Of a stretch of DNA of 64,000 bases, positions 1-8,714 are shown piece by piece. Positions within the stretch are counted from its first letter, which is position 1. Every line of letters begins with the position of its first letter. Below the pieces are notes generated by a model that saw only the letters and a program-made list of their open reading frames with translations, did not search any database and was not told the DNA's origin. Source of the stretch: Bacteriovoracaceae bacterium (GTDB lineage: Bacteria; Bdellovibrionota; Bacteriovoracia; Bacteriovoracales; Bacteriovoracaceae). Both the position numbers and the translations under genes were made by a program. The DNA lies in contig JABIHA010000085.1 of assembly GCA_018649885.1 (NCBI GenBank), forward strand, positions 100,744 to 164,743. The letters are read 5' to 3'.

Positions 1-47
1 GAAGAAGTTAATACACACAATATTGTGAGAAAAATGGGGCGCTTGTC

Positions 48-1211
48 ATGAGGTATAATTGCCCAATTTCTTCACTCCAAAATGAAACAGAACTCTCGGG
101 AGATTTTTTTGATGAGTTTTTGCTTGAGAGCTCAGACTTATCAAGAGTAGGCTCACTCTGCGTAGAAGAAATGTGTGGTGTGGCCAGAGGGTTGAATCAG
201 TTAGGGAAGAGGGTCGTTTTAGTTTGGGATCTATTAATGACCCAATCAGTTTTTGAAAAGAAACAACTAATTTTTGAAGCAATTGATCTCACACTATTTG
301 ATGCAGTTAGGGTAAGTGACCCAGGTGCCTATCATTATCTAAATACAAAATTTCCAAATACTGCAGTTCAATTGGTTTTAGACAATGGAAATCATAACTT
401 AGCCGGTATTTTAGGATGGGAAAAGTTGAGTGGTAACCTAGAAAGGCTTGTTTTATCGAGCCAACTTCCATTTAATATCATTACACAATACTGCATAAAT
501 TTGAGTACAGATGTGGAAATTCAAATTTTCGGAAAAATCCCATTATTTTATTCTCCCAGAAAGTTGCTTAATTCTCATTTAGAGCAGGCATCTGGTAGTG
601 CACTTCTTGAAGCCGTAGGAACTAGTGAGGAGAGTCCTCACAAAGGATTTACAATCCTTGAAAATGAGCATGGCACATTTATGTATCATCCCAAAGAGCT
701 CTCTTTGATGGACAGGATTGAAAAACTAAATGTCTCTAAAATAAAATGGGGAAGATTTGATTTGAGACATCCTCACCAAGTCAGTAGCGTGGGAGTATTA
801 GAAGAGTTAGTTTCTAATTTTAGTGCCTCGGCTTACAGGGAGTTTAGAGAATCTTACTCACATCAGTTAATAAGAGGCTTTTTTGAGGTCAACAAAACGG
901 ACGCCCAATTTAAAAACCTTGTGAACCGAAAAGTGCAACGAAAAGATGAAAATTACCTGGGAGAGATTGCAGAGGTTAAAAAAGAGCGCTACCTCGGTAT
1001 TGATATAAAAAAATGTGAAGGCACTTTGAGATTGGGTCAAAAAGTATTGATTAAAACACCTGATGGAAAAGAGCTTTTGACTAGTTTCAAAAAATGTTTT
1101 GATGTTGATGGCGTGGAAATTCAGACAATTACGAAGCCTGGACTTTATAGATTTAATTTTATCCCTAAAACTTCTAAGAAATCTCAAATTTATCTCTACT
1201 CTGGCGAATAG
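48..1211 (+). CDS. U32 family protein (TrhP1/YrrN-like, RNA hydroxylation family) with C-terminal beta-rich domain
   Basis: 387 aa; U32-like segments DAVRVSDPG, ERLVLSSQL, EIQIFGKIPLFYSPRKLL, ENEHGTFMY. Confidence 0.75.
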   Translation: MRYNCPISSLQNETELSGDFFDEFLLESSDLSRVGSLCVEEMCGVARGLNQLGKRVVLVWDLLMTQSVFEKKQLIFEAIDLTLFDAVRVSDPGAYHYLNTKFPNTAVQLVLDNGNHNLAGILGWEKLSGNLERLVLSSQLPFNIITQYCINLSTDVEIQIFGKIPLFYSPRKLLNSHLEQASGSALLEAVGTSEESPHKGFTILENEHGTFMYHPKELSLMDRIEKLNVSKIKWGRFDLRHPHQVSSVGVLEELVSNFSASAYREFRESYSHQLIRGFFEVNKTDAQFKNLVNRKVQRKDENYLGEIAEVKKERYLGIDIKKCEGTLRLGQKVLIKTPDGKELLTSFKKCFDVDGVEIQTITKPGLYRFNFIPKTSKKSQIYLYSGE

Positions 1212-2869
1212 AGTTTTTCAGAACACCTGGCCACAATTCCTGGTTCAACTGGATCATCTATTGAGTTATGAACTTCTTTTACAGGAACATCAGCGCATCC
1301 AATAAGCTTTCTATAATTTGGTTCAGTGGTTATTGTCCTGAGTCTCTGGCTCGCAAGTAGGTGGGGATCATATTGTCTCAAATAAGAAATTGGTCCCGAT
1401 ATTTCTTTTTGATACCCTTCACATTCCCAAGTTATGGTCTGACCAATTGCAGGAAAAGTTTCTAATCGTTTACCAATATCGATATACTTGGTACCCCTAT
1501 TTTCTAAAAATGAAATTCCGAGGTCACCGTCACTAAATTCTGGCGTGCCATTCAAATAAGGTGAAGCATTTGGTGAGAGATCAATTAATCGTGATAGCTC
1601 ACTTCCGCTTTCACCAGAATTGCCCAGAGAGTTTGAAAATGCCCTATCACCCAATAGGTCGGAGAATGTTTCTCCTACTTGCCCATTTTGACATCCAATT
1701 CCTTCATGGATCTCCGGATTAAAAGGAGGGGTATAGAAACTTCCATAGGGATTTTTTTGAGCTTTAACAATAAACTTTGAGATAATTTTGGCCATTTCCA
1801 TGCGACCGTCTTTCTCATATTCCTTTTTAACTCTTTTGAGGCAGCTTATATCTGAAATCTTGGCACCTGTTGTATCCTTTCTCTGAAGGCAATGAACTTC
1901 TTTTGAAAAAGGGTAGTTCTCCGAAAGTTCTCTTTGAATACTGGTACTGGGGTCTATTTGATGAGAGAGCTCATGAAGCAAAATTCTATATATATTAGAG
2001 GGAGCAAAATCAATTAATGTAATGGCACCTTCAAGTATGGTAGTGTTGTGGTCTCCTGCTAAATCATGATAGCCAAGATTTATTGCTGTTAGTCCATCAG
2101 AAGCCTTTTCAAAATAGGGGACATTGACTTGGTACTCACTGTCTTCTCTTCTAGCTCCGGTGCCAATATTATAGCGAAGTTCTTTTCCCGCAAATATGTC
2201 ACCACTTCTTCCAAAGTTCACCTGCTGTCTTGCGATTATTTCTATCATCTTCTGTAGGTTTTTTATTTGGAGTGCAACCTCTTGTTTTTCTTTTTTGCTT
2301 GAAGATTGTGAAAGGCCATCTTGTAAGACCGCCTTTTGCTTTTCTAGTTCTGCTATAAGGCTTTGTTTGGCATATTCATGGATCTTGCTGGCCTTTTCAA
2401 CACGCTTTGGAGTGAAGAGTTTCTTTTTTAAAAGAGTATTGAAATATGCCACACAACTCACAAATTTTTTTTTGGAGCTCATTCGATCAATTTCATGACA
2501 ATCTTTCACTCCAAACTTTTCTCGATTGTAGGCAATATATTGAGGATCTTTTCTGATCTCCATTTTTGCTATTATATACGCAGCTCTTGCAGCTTGTTGA
2601 CTGTCTAGATGAGGGTTGTAGGTTGGGTCACATAAATAAGGAATTGGATCTTGGCAGAATTTTTGGTGATCAACTGCTGTTTTCGGCAGATTAGACTTCC
2701 CAGACATTGCCTCACATGTTGGACACTGAGCAATTGGTTCTACTCCGTGGGTTAAAGCAGCTTCGGGAACCTCTACAGATTCCACTCTCAGCTCACCAGC
2801 TTGAGAGTGCTGGATCAGCAAGTTGTGACCTAATATAATAAGGATAGTGATGACAAAAATTTCTTTCAT
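1196..2869 (-). CDS. Secreted gluzincin (M13/neprilysin-like) zinc metallopeptidase
   Basis: Signal peptide; HELSH, GETFSD and DPH motifs in M13 order. Confidence 0.6.
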   Translation of the reverse strand: MKEIFVITILIILGHNLLIQHSQAGELRVESVEVPEAALTHGVEPIAQCPTCEAMSGKSNLPKTAVDHQKFCQDPIPYLCDPTYNPHLDSQQAARAAYIIAKMEIRKDPQYIAYNREKFGVKDCHEIDRMSSKKKFVSCVAYFNTLLKKKLFTPKRVEKASKIHEYAKQSLIAELEKQKAVLQDGLSQSSSKKEKQEVALQIKNLQKMIEIIARQQVNFGRSGDIFAGKELRYNIGTGARREDSEYQVNVPYFEKASDGLTAINLGYHDLAGDHNTTILEGAITLIDFAPSNIYRILLHELSHQIDPSTSIQRELSENYPFSKEVHCLQRKDTTGAKISDISCLKRVKKEYEKDGRMEMAKIISKFIVKAQKNPYGSFYTPPFNPEIHEGIGCQNGQVGETFSDLLGDRAFSNSLGNSGESGSELSRLIDLSPNASPYLNGTPEFSDGDLGISFLENRGTKYIDIGKRLETFPAIGQTITWECEGYQKEISGPISYLRQYDPHLLASQRLRTITTEPNYRKLIGCADVPVKEVHNSIDDPVEPGIVARCSEKLYSPE

Positions 2870-2893
2870 TTTAAGATGTTATCTCCCTGAATG

Positions 2894-2921
2894 TTATCGG
2901 CTGGACCACAGGCGGGTGTGA
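2894..2921 (-). promoter_or_regulatory. Putative FliA (sigma28) promoter
   Basis: Minus strand TCACA-N15-GCCGATAA; perfect -10, weak -35; upstream of RBS AGGGAG and the ATG at 2869. Confidence 0.45.
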
Positions 2922-3070
2922 GCGGGGTCAATCGATTTTGTTGATAATTTCTACATGGATTGGGAAAATACTTGTAAGCTATCGAAAATCGGCGTATTAA
3001 CGCAGTAGGTAGAGAGAGAAACACTGGAGGGCCTTTGGGCCTTTTGGTATCAAATTGGGAGAGAGTTACT

Positions 3071-4027
3071 GTGAAATCCATCTATTTATTTGGGCCCATT
3101 TTAATGAGCCTTTTTGCTACTACCGTTTTTTCCACAGAGTTAGATAGTCTCACCAATAGGGATCCTCAGTTGATTGACTCCTATAGTGTACTAAATCTTG
3201 AGCTTAACAACAGGATGGCCCTCGCTGTTAAAGAGGCCAACGAGTCTAAGAAAAAATCTTGCAGATTTAAAACTCTAAGGAAAAAATTAAAAAAATCATT
3301 AAAGGCCGGCATTAAAGATTTCTATTTGTTCTCACCCATTGAGCATTTCGCCAACAAAAGTGAGTTGGTTGATAGACAAGTGACAAAGAAGAAAGAGTCA
3401 ATATATCGGCACATCAATTTTTTTCAATCAGTTCCTATTAATGTCTACCCACTAGGGGGGACGATCAAGGTTTCCGATCATTTTATTGCAGGTGATAAGT
3501 TTAGCCATTTTTTCAATGTTGGTTTCACTTACTATAAAAGACATTACAAAAAAAAGAGAAAGCTTGAAAGAATCGTTAACTTTGGTCACTTCACAGAGGT
3601 CACTATTTATGGAAAAGGCTCTTCGGGTGTTTACTCGTACTCAGACCAGGTTGCCAACTTTAATGGCATGAGGTTTTGGGGAAGAGTTGAGGGAGTTGGA
3701 ATCGATCCAATTACAGGTAATCCAAATGTTGAATTGAAGTACTTTGATTGTGTGGACAATAAGTGGGAACAAATAAGAAAATTTGATTGGTTAGATTACG
3801 TGGATTCTGCTTGGGATGAAGGTGTAAATTGCAATGCCTATCGGACTAAAAAATTTGAAAAAGATGTCATTCTTGCAATGGAAGAGCTCTCTAGTGAGAG
3901 AGGACGAGAAATTACTTGTCCAAATACCAGTACAGATCAGGAATATGAGAGGGAGAGATTAAAGCTTGTAGATAAATATGGTGATTTTGCTTACAGACTT
4001 CTCAATCTACCGGGACTTGATTACTGA
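3071..4027 (+). CDS. Exported hypothetical protein
   Basis: Long ORF (track start 3035); GTG at 3071 follows GGAGAG; signal-like N-terminus; DKFSHFF and SYSDQVANFNG motifs. Confidence 0.7.
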   Translation: MKSIYLFGPILMSLFATTVFSTELDSLTNRDPQLIDSYSVLNLELNNRMALAVKEANESKKKSCRFKTLRKKLKKSLKAGIKDFYLFSPIEHFANKSELVDRQVTKKKESIYRHINFFQSVPINVYPLGGTIKVSDHFIAGDKFSHFFNVGFTYYKRHYKKKRKLERIVNFGHFTEVTIYGKGSSGVYSYSDQVANFNGMRFWGRVEGVGIDPITGNPNVELKYFDCVDNKWEQIRKFDWLDYVDSAWDEGVNCNAYRTKKFEKDVILAMEELSSERGREITCPNTSTDQEYERERLKLVDKYGDFAYRLLNLPGLDY

Positions 4028-4395
4028 CAGTTTACTGAAATAGAATATCTTTTTTCATTTTTCATATCTTGCACGAAAAAATGAACAACATCATTTCTTT
4101 GACTACAATCTAGTAGTAGGCTTATTTGAATTTTCGTTTTGACCATTTTATCTTGGCAGGTAATGTGTTTCTTGCCTTTCATTAAAGCAAAATCACCGAT
4201 CATACACTCAAGTCCAAAGATATCAATGGGGATCCTAAAAGTGCGATGGGGTGGAATGTAGTTTGATTTCTTCTTAGTAGTGAGGTTGTATACTTCAACT
4301 CGAATTCCGGCCATAACAGAGCTCGAAATTAGAAAGAGTATCACCCAGATTAATTTTTTATTTTTTAGTTTTTGGCCCATCTTGTTCTTCATCAC
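4021..4395 (-). CDS. Small exported hypothetical protein
   Basis: 124 aa, signal peptide-like, four Cys; overlaps the end of the Sel1 gene. Confidence 0.55.
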   Translation of the reverse strand: MMKNKMGQKLKNKKLIWVILFLISSSVMAGIRVEVYNLTTKKKSNYIPPHRTFRIPIDIFGLECMIGDFALMKGKKHITCQDKMVKTKIQISLLLDCSQRNDVVHFFVQDMKNEKRYSISVNCQ

Positions 4396-4999
4396 TGCAA
4401 AGGGTTTTCATGCCATAAAGACATGCTAGTTTTTGGTATTTGTCTACTTGGTCAATTTCACCAGATTTTTTATAAATGAGTGATAGGTTTGCGCATGCCT
4501 GGCCAAGTTTTAATGTACAGGCCTTTTCAAAATAGCTCTGAGTCAGTTTAGGTTTTCTTTTTCTGTGATAGACAGCTGCAAGTGAGTTACAGCTTAGTGC
4601 ATGACCTTTTTTACAAGCTGCTTTAAATGGAGCTATTGCCAAACTGGTATTTCTTTTTCTTAGGTAGTAGGTCCCCAAATTGTAGCAAGATTTGAGATTT
4701 GCTCCTTTGCATCCCATTTTCCAGGTTTTTATGGCCTTTGATTTTTTTCCAGACCTCATGTAGTGAAGACCTAGCTCTGAGCAGTGGTCCATCACACCTT
4801 TTTCGCAATCAAAAATGAGTTTGAGTTCTTGGTTTTGCCCGGTGAGTTTTTTTATAGTTTTAGTTTTTTTTATATCTGATTTGAGTTGTTTATTCTTACT
4901 TTTTAGATCATCAATAGTTTGATCCATATCTGGATCTTCTGTCCCTGAAGCAAATGAGCTCAGTGAAATACAAAAAGTAATAAGTGCCAAAATATTCAA
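4358..4999 (-). CDS. Sel1/HcpB-like cysteine-rich repeat protein
   Basis: Signal peptide; repeats SCYNLG, SCNSLA, ACANLS with KAC spacing. Confidence 0.8.
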   Translation of the reverse strand: MNILALITFCISLSSFASGTEDPDMDQTIDDLKSKNKQLKSDIKKTKTIKKLTGQNQELKLIFDCEKGVMDHCSELGLHYMRSGKKSKAIKTWKMGCKGANLKSCYNLGTYYLRKRNTSLAIAPFKAACKKGHALSCNSLAAVYHRKRKPKLTQSYFEKACTLKLGQACANLSLIYKKSGEIDQVDKYQKLACLYGMKTLCSDEEQDGPKTKK

Positions 5000-5017
5000 A
5001 ACTCTGCCCTTTTCAAT

Positions 5018-6187
5018 CTATTTTAATTGATCTTGGCAAAAGAGTGAATAATCTACTTTTATGCCACAATTTGAAAAAGTTGTAGTGAATACCTTGGTAT
5101 ATCCGTCGGGATCTTGGGGTTGGGGGCCTTCGGTTTTAGGAAAAACGACTCCAAAAACTTTCGGATGATGGAAACTTGCAATGCGTTTGATTAACTGAGC
5201 GTAATACTTTGCTGTCCCCACACGGTTTTTAAGTCTCTTTCCATAGGGAGGATTGACTAGCAAAATGTCAGTGGATGACTTGATCTCTGGCAATTGATCA
5301 GAAAATAAATCAGCGTACTGTGTACTGACATTTGAATTTTCTGGAGTGATAGAGTTGATTACCTTCGTTTTCTCAATCATTTCTTTGTCAATATCATTAC
5401 CGGTGATATTTTTGAAAATAGGAATGCCTTTGATTTCAAATTTTTTTTCTATGAATTCCACTCCTTTTATCAGTGGCATAGATTCAAAACTAAAATCTCG
5501 ATTCCAGTTACTAGTGTGAAAATAAGCTGCCTCAAGAAGAAAAGTTCCACTTCCGCACATTGGATCTAGAAAACTAAGACCATCTAAATTCTGCATATAC
5601 TTTCTTGCACTCCATAAAAGTGAGTAGGCAAAGCTCTCTCTAATGGGGGCCCCCGAAGTAAAGCTTTTCATCCCCCTCCTATCAAGTCTTTCGCCAGATG
5701 TATCAATTGAAAGAGTTAGGCTGTCATCACAAACGCGTACATGAATTTGTGGAGCTTGGTAATTCTCACTATACTCAGGAGGTAATTTGGGTGGAGTTTT
5801 CTTTTTGTAGTATTTTGAAATGGCTTCTACAATTGTGTTTTCCATTTTCTTTGTATTTATCAGCCTCGACTTGAGAGTGGTGATGAACATTTGGGGGAAT
5901 TCACCTGCTCTAATATATTGATTCCAATCAACTGAAGAAAATTTCTTATAGAGCTTGGGAAAATCACGACATTTATAGGAATCTATTCTTAAAAGAATTC
6001 TAGTGGGAATTTTTAAAAAATAATTGAGGGCGAAGCCATGCTCATATGAGGCCAATATCTCAATTCCCCCATGTGTGGTAGACTGAACCCTAGGAGCTTC
6101 ACCAAAAATAGTTTGATATTTTTCTTCAAGCTCGCTAGTGGCCAGAGTTTCAAGTCCAGGTGGAATTACTATAAAAAAACTTTTCAT
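5018..6187 (-). CDS. THUMP-domain class I SAM-dependent RNA methyltransferase (RlmL-like)
   Basis: SIDTSGERLDRRG, APIRESFA, DPMCGSGT, NPPYG motifs. Confidence 0.9.
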   Translation of the reverse strand: MKSFFIVIPPGLETLATSELEEKYQTIFGEAPRVQSTTHGGIEILASYEHGFALNYFLKIPTRILLRIDSYKCRDFPKLYKKFSSVDWNQYIRAGEFPQMFITTLKSRLINTKKMENTIVEAISKYYKKKTPPKLPPEYSENYQAPQIHVRVCDDSLTLSIDTSGERLDRRGMKSFTSGAPIRESFAYSLLWSARKYMQNLDGLSFLDPMCGSGTFLLEAAYFHTSNWNRDFSFESMPLIKGVEFIEKKFEIKGIPIFKNITGNDIDKEMIEKTKVINSITPENSNVSTQYADLFSDQLPEIKSSTDILLVNPPYGKRLKNRVGTAKYYAQLIKRIASFHHPKVFGVVFPKTEGPQPQDPDGYTKVFTTTFSNCGIKVDYSLFCQDQLK

Positions 6188-6197
6188 ATAGACTACC

Positions 6198-6302
6198 TAT
6201 ACCGAAGTGATTTAGGCTTTCCAGTGAGTGGATGACGAAGAAGGCGTGTAACACACTCCGATGAGGAATACGCCACTGGAAAGCCTGAAGCACTTCGGTA
6301 TA
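6198..6302. mobile_element. 105-bp MITE/ERIC-like palindromic element
   Basis: 29-bp terminal inverted repeats (6198-6226 and 6274-6302, 27/29 match), TA at both ends, no ORF. Confidence 0.6.
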
Positions 6303-6318
6303 TCAGGGTCTTTTATTA

Positions 6319-6903
6319 TTGGCAAAGCAGGACGTGTTTATTTTGCATCAATTAAAAAAATTTCAATCAAATGGAGATGATGGGCATCTTGTCAGGGTCT
6401 CCTTAGAGCAAGCCTGCGATAAATTTTTAGTTGAGTTTATTGTAGAAAAAAAGGGCCTTGATCCTTGGCATATATTGAAATCAACAAGTTGCGATCACTA
6501 CGGCAATTGGGGTCTATGGGAAGGTGATGTGGTTGAGGTATTCATTCAAGGAAGAGAAGACGCAGAAGCTTTGCTTGCTCCTTATCTTGAGCTCAATGTT
6601 TCGCCCAATGGACATCGATTTGCGCTAGTCGTTCAAAAACCCAGACAAACTTTCTATACGCCGATCCAGCTTGATTTTAAATCGGTTGTCTGTCATACAA
6701 CACATGATGGTGGTGAATTGTGGAAAACCAGTATTAATTTTGATTTACCTGAGCAAATCAAAGGAAAGCTATTTATTAATTTTAACTGCTGCCTTAAATG
6801 TAGTGGTGAAACTGAGTACTATGGACTTAATTTGGCCAACACGGGGAAGGCCGATTTCCATAGGCCCGAGGTTTTTCTTCCCTTATGCGACATAGTCCTC
6901 TAG
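6319..6903 (+). CDS. DOMON/CBM9-like domain protein
   Basis: LWEGDVVEVFI, YLELNVSPNG and C-terminal ADFHRP motifs. Confidence 0.6.
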   Translation: MAKQDVFILHQLKKFQSNGDDGHLVRVSLEQACDKFLVEFIVEKKGLDPWHILKSTSCDHYGNWGLWEGDVVEVFIQGREDAEALLAPYLELNVSPNGHRFALVVQKPRQTFYTPIQLDFKSVVCHTTHDGGELWKTSINFDLPEQIKGKLFINFNCCLKCSGETEYYGLNLANTGKADFHRPEVFLPLCDIVL

Positions 6904-6914
6904 TATCTGGGCTC

Positions 6915-7613
6915 ATGAAATCTGGACTTTTATATTTAGTTTCGACTCCTATCGATGATCATTCTAATTTGACGGCAGAGACTGTCGAATTTGTAAAAAG
7001 TGAGTGGGAGCGTGGGAGCATTATTGCCGTCGAGGAGGCCAAGGCCTGCCGTAGAAGATGGCTTCGTTTCGGTCTGCCAAAAGAGGCCATTGCTGATTTT
7101 GTCATTTACAACGAGCATAATCAGAAAAATGATGCATCTCAGCTAGTGAAAGAGCTAAAGAGTGGAAAAAATATTCTATTATTTAGTGACTGTGGTCTTC
7201 CCGCTTTTTGCGATCCGGGACAATATCTTGTGCAGGAATGCCACCGCCAAGGGATTCGAGTTAGTGCAACGGCATGTCATAATTCTCCTCTTCTTGCTTT
7301 TGCACTAAGCGGGTTTGAAGCAAAAGAGTGGGTGTTTCGAGGATTTTTGCCAAGAAACAAGGAAGAGTACACAAAAAAACTAGGCCAGCTTGTCTCAGAG
7401 TCCAGGGTTCAGCTCATTATGGACACACCCTACAGGCTAACAAAGACACTTTCTTCTCTTTCAAACGCGATGCCTAACCGTCAGGCCTTACTAGCTCTTG
7501 ATTTAGGGATGGAGACTGAGCGAGTCAAAAGAGGACAACTTGCAAAGCTTTGTAAAGAATTCAGTGATATCAAGGCAGAATTCATATTAGTATTAGGCCC
7601 AAAACTGCTCTAA
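6915..7613 (+). CDS. rsmI: 16S rRNA (cytidine-2'-O)-methyltransferase RsmI-like
   Basis: LYLVSTPI, YNEHN, SDCGLPAFCDPG, FRGFLP, TPYRL; ATG at 6915 preferred over track start 6885. Confidence 0.8.
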   Translation: MKSGLLYLVSTPIDDHSNLTAETVEFVKSEWERGSIIAVEEAKACRRRWLRFGLPKEAIADFVIYNEHNQKNDASQLVKELKSGKNILLFSDCGLPAFCDPGQYLVQECHRQGIRVSATACHNSPLLAFALSGFEAKEWVFRGFLPRNKEEYTKKLGQLVSESRVQLIMDTPYRLTKTLSSLSNAMPNRQALLALDLGMETERVKRGQLAKLCKEFSDIKAEFILVLGPKLL

Positions 7614-7673
7614 TATTGACCCCAGTATATTTGAACATAAATTTCTACCATGGTAAGTAGTTAGAATTGGCAA

Positions 7674-8714
7674 TTGATAACTAGGGGTTTTGTGGTGACT
7701 GACGATCAAAACAGCTCAAAAAGAAAAGACGATCACTTAGAGTTGGCGCTTAGTGCCCAGCTTTGTTCAAGTGAAAACGATAATAGATTTTATTACGAGC
7801 CAATGCTTAGCGCTCACCCCAATCCAGATTTAAATGAACTTGAATGCGAATTTTTAGATAAAAAAATTGGTGCGCCTATCTGGATTTCCTCTATGACTGG
7901 TGGAAGTGTTGAGGGGAGAAGGATTAATGAAAACCTTGCTAGGGTTGCTAAGAAGCACTCCCTTCCCATGGCCCTAGGTTCATGCAGAAGTCTTTTAGAT
8001 TCTGATGAAAGGTTTGAAGATTTTAATATGCGACCTATTCTTGGAGATCTTCCTCTCTGGGCCAATCTAGGAATAGCTCAAGTAGAAAAGCTGATTGAAG
8101 CAGAACAAGAAAATAAAATACTAGAGCTTGTAGAAAAACTATCAGCCGATGGTTTGATTATACATGTAAACCCTCTACAGGAATGGATACAGCCCGAGGG
8201 GGACCATATAAAGTATGCACCCGTCGAAACTATAAAAAAATGCCTCGAATTATTGAACCTACCTCTTATCGTAAAAGAAGTGGGTCAAGGAATGGGCCCT
8301 TCTTCTTTGAGGGCCTTAATGGAGTTGCCACTAAGTGCAATTGAGTTTGGTGCTTTTGGTGGAACAAATTTTTCCTTGATGGAAGGGATGAGAGGAGATG
8401 AAACTGAGCAGTTACGCTCCAGCACTCTTGCAACTCTAGGTCACACTGCCGAAGAAATGGTGTGTATGGTCAACACTCTTTTAGAGCTACCTGGAACATG
8501 CGTTAAGTGTCGGGAATTTATCATCTCAGGGGGAGTTAAGGGATTTTTGGATGGCCAGTATTTAATAAAAAAGATAGGTTCAAAAGCAGTTTTTGGACAA
8601 GCAGGTACCCTACTTAAATACGCGAGAGTTTCATTCGAGGCCCTTGATGAATACATAGAAGGACAAATCGAAGGTCTAAAACTGGCAAATAGTTTTACCC
8701 ATTTGAAAAAGTGA
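7674..8714 (+). CDS. fni: Type 2 isopentenyl-diphosphate isomerase
   Basis: RKDDHL, SSMTGG, HVNPLQE, VKEVGQG, GGTNF; real start may be GTG at 7692/7695. Confidence 0.92.
   Translation: MITRGFVVTDDQNSSKRKDDHLELALSAQLCSSENDNRFYYEPMLSAHPNPDLNELECEFLDKKIGAPIWISSMTGGSVEGRRINENLARVAKKHSLPMALGSCRSLLDSDERFEDFNMRPILGDLPLWANLGIAQVEKLIEAEQENKILELVEKLSADGLIIHVNPLQEWIQPEGDHIKYAPVETIKKCLELLNLPLIVKEVGQGMGPSSLRALMELPLSAIEFGAFGGTNFSLMEGMRGDETEQLRSSTLATLGHTAEEMVCMVNTLLELPGTCVKCREFIISGGVKGFLDGQYLIKKIGSKAVFGQAGTLLKYARVSFEALDEYIEGQIEGLKLANSFTHLKK

Noticed and set aside
2866..3081. 71-aa minus-strand ORF
   Set aside because: Spans a divergent promoter region; no coding signal
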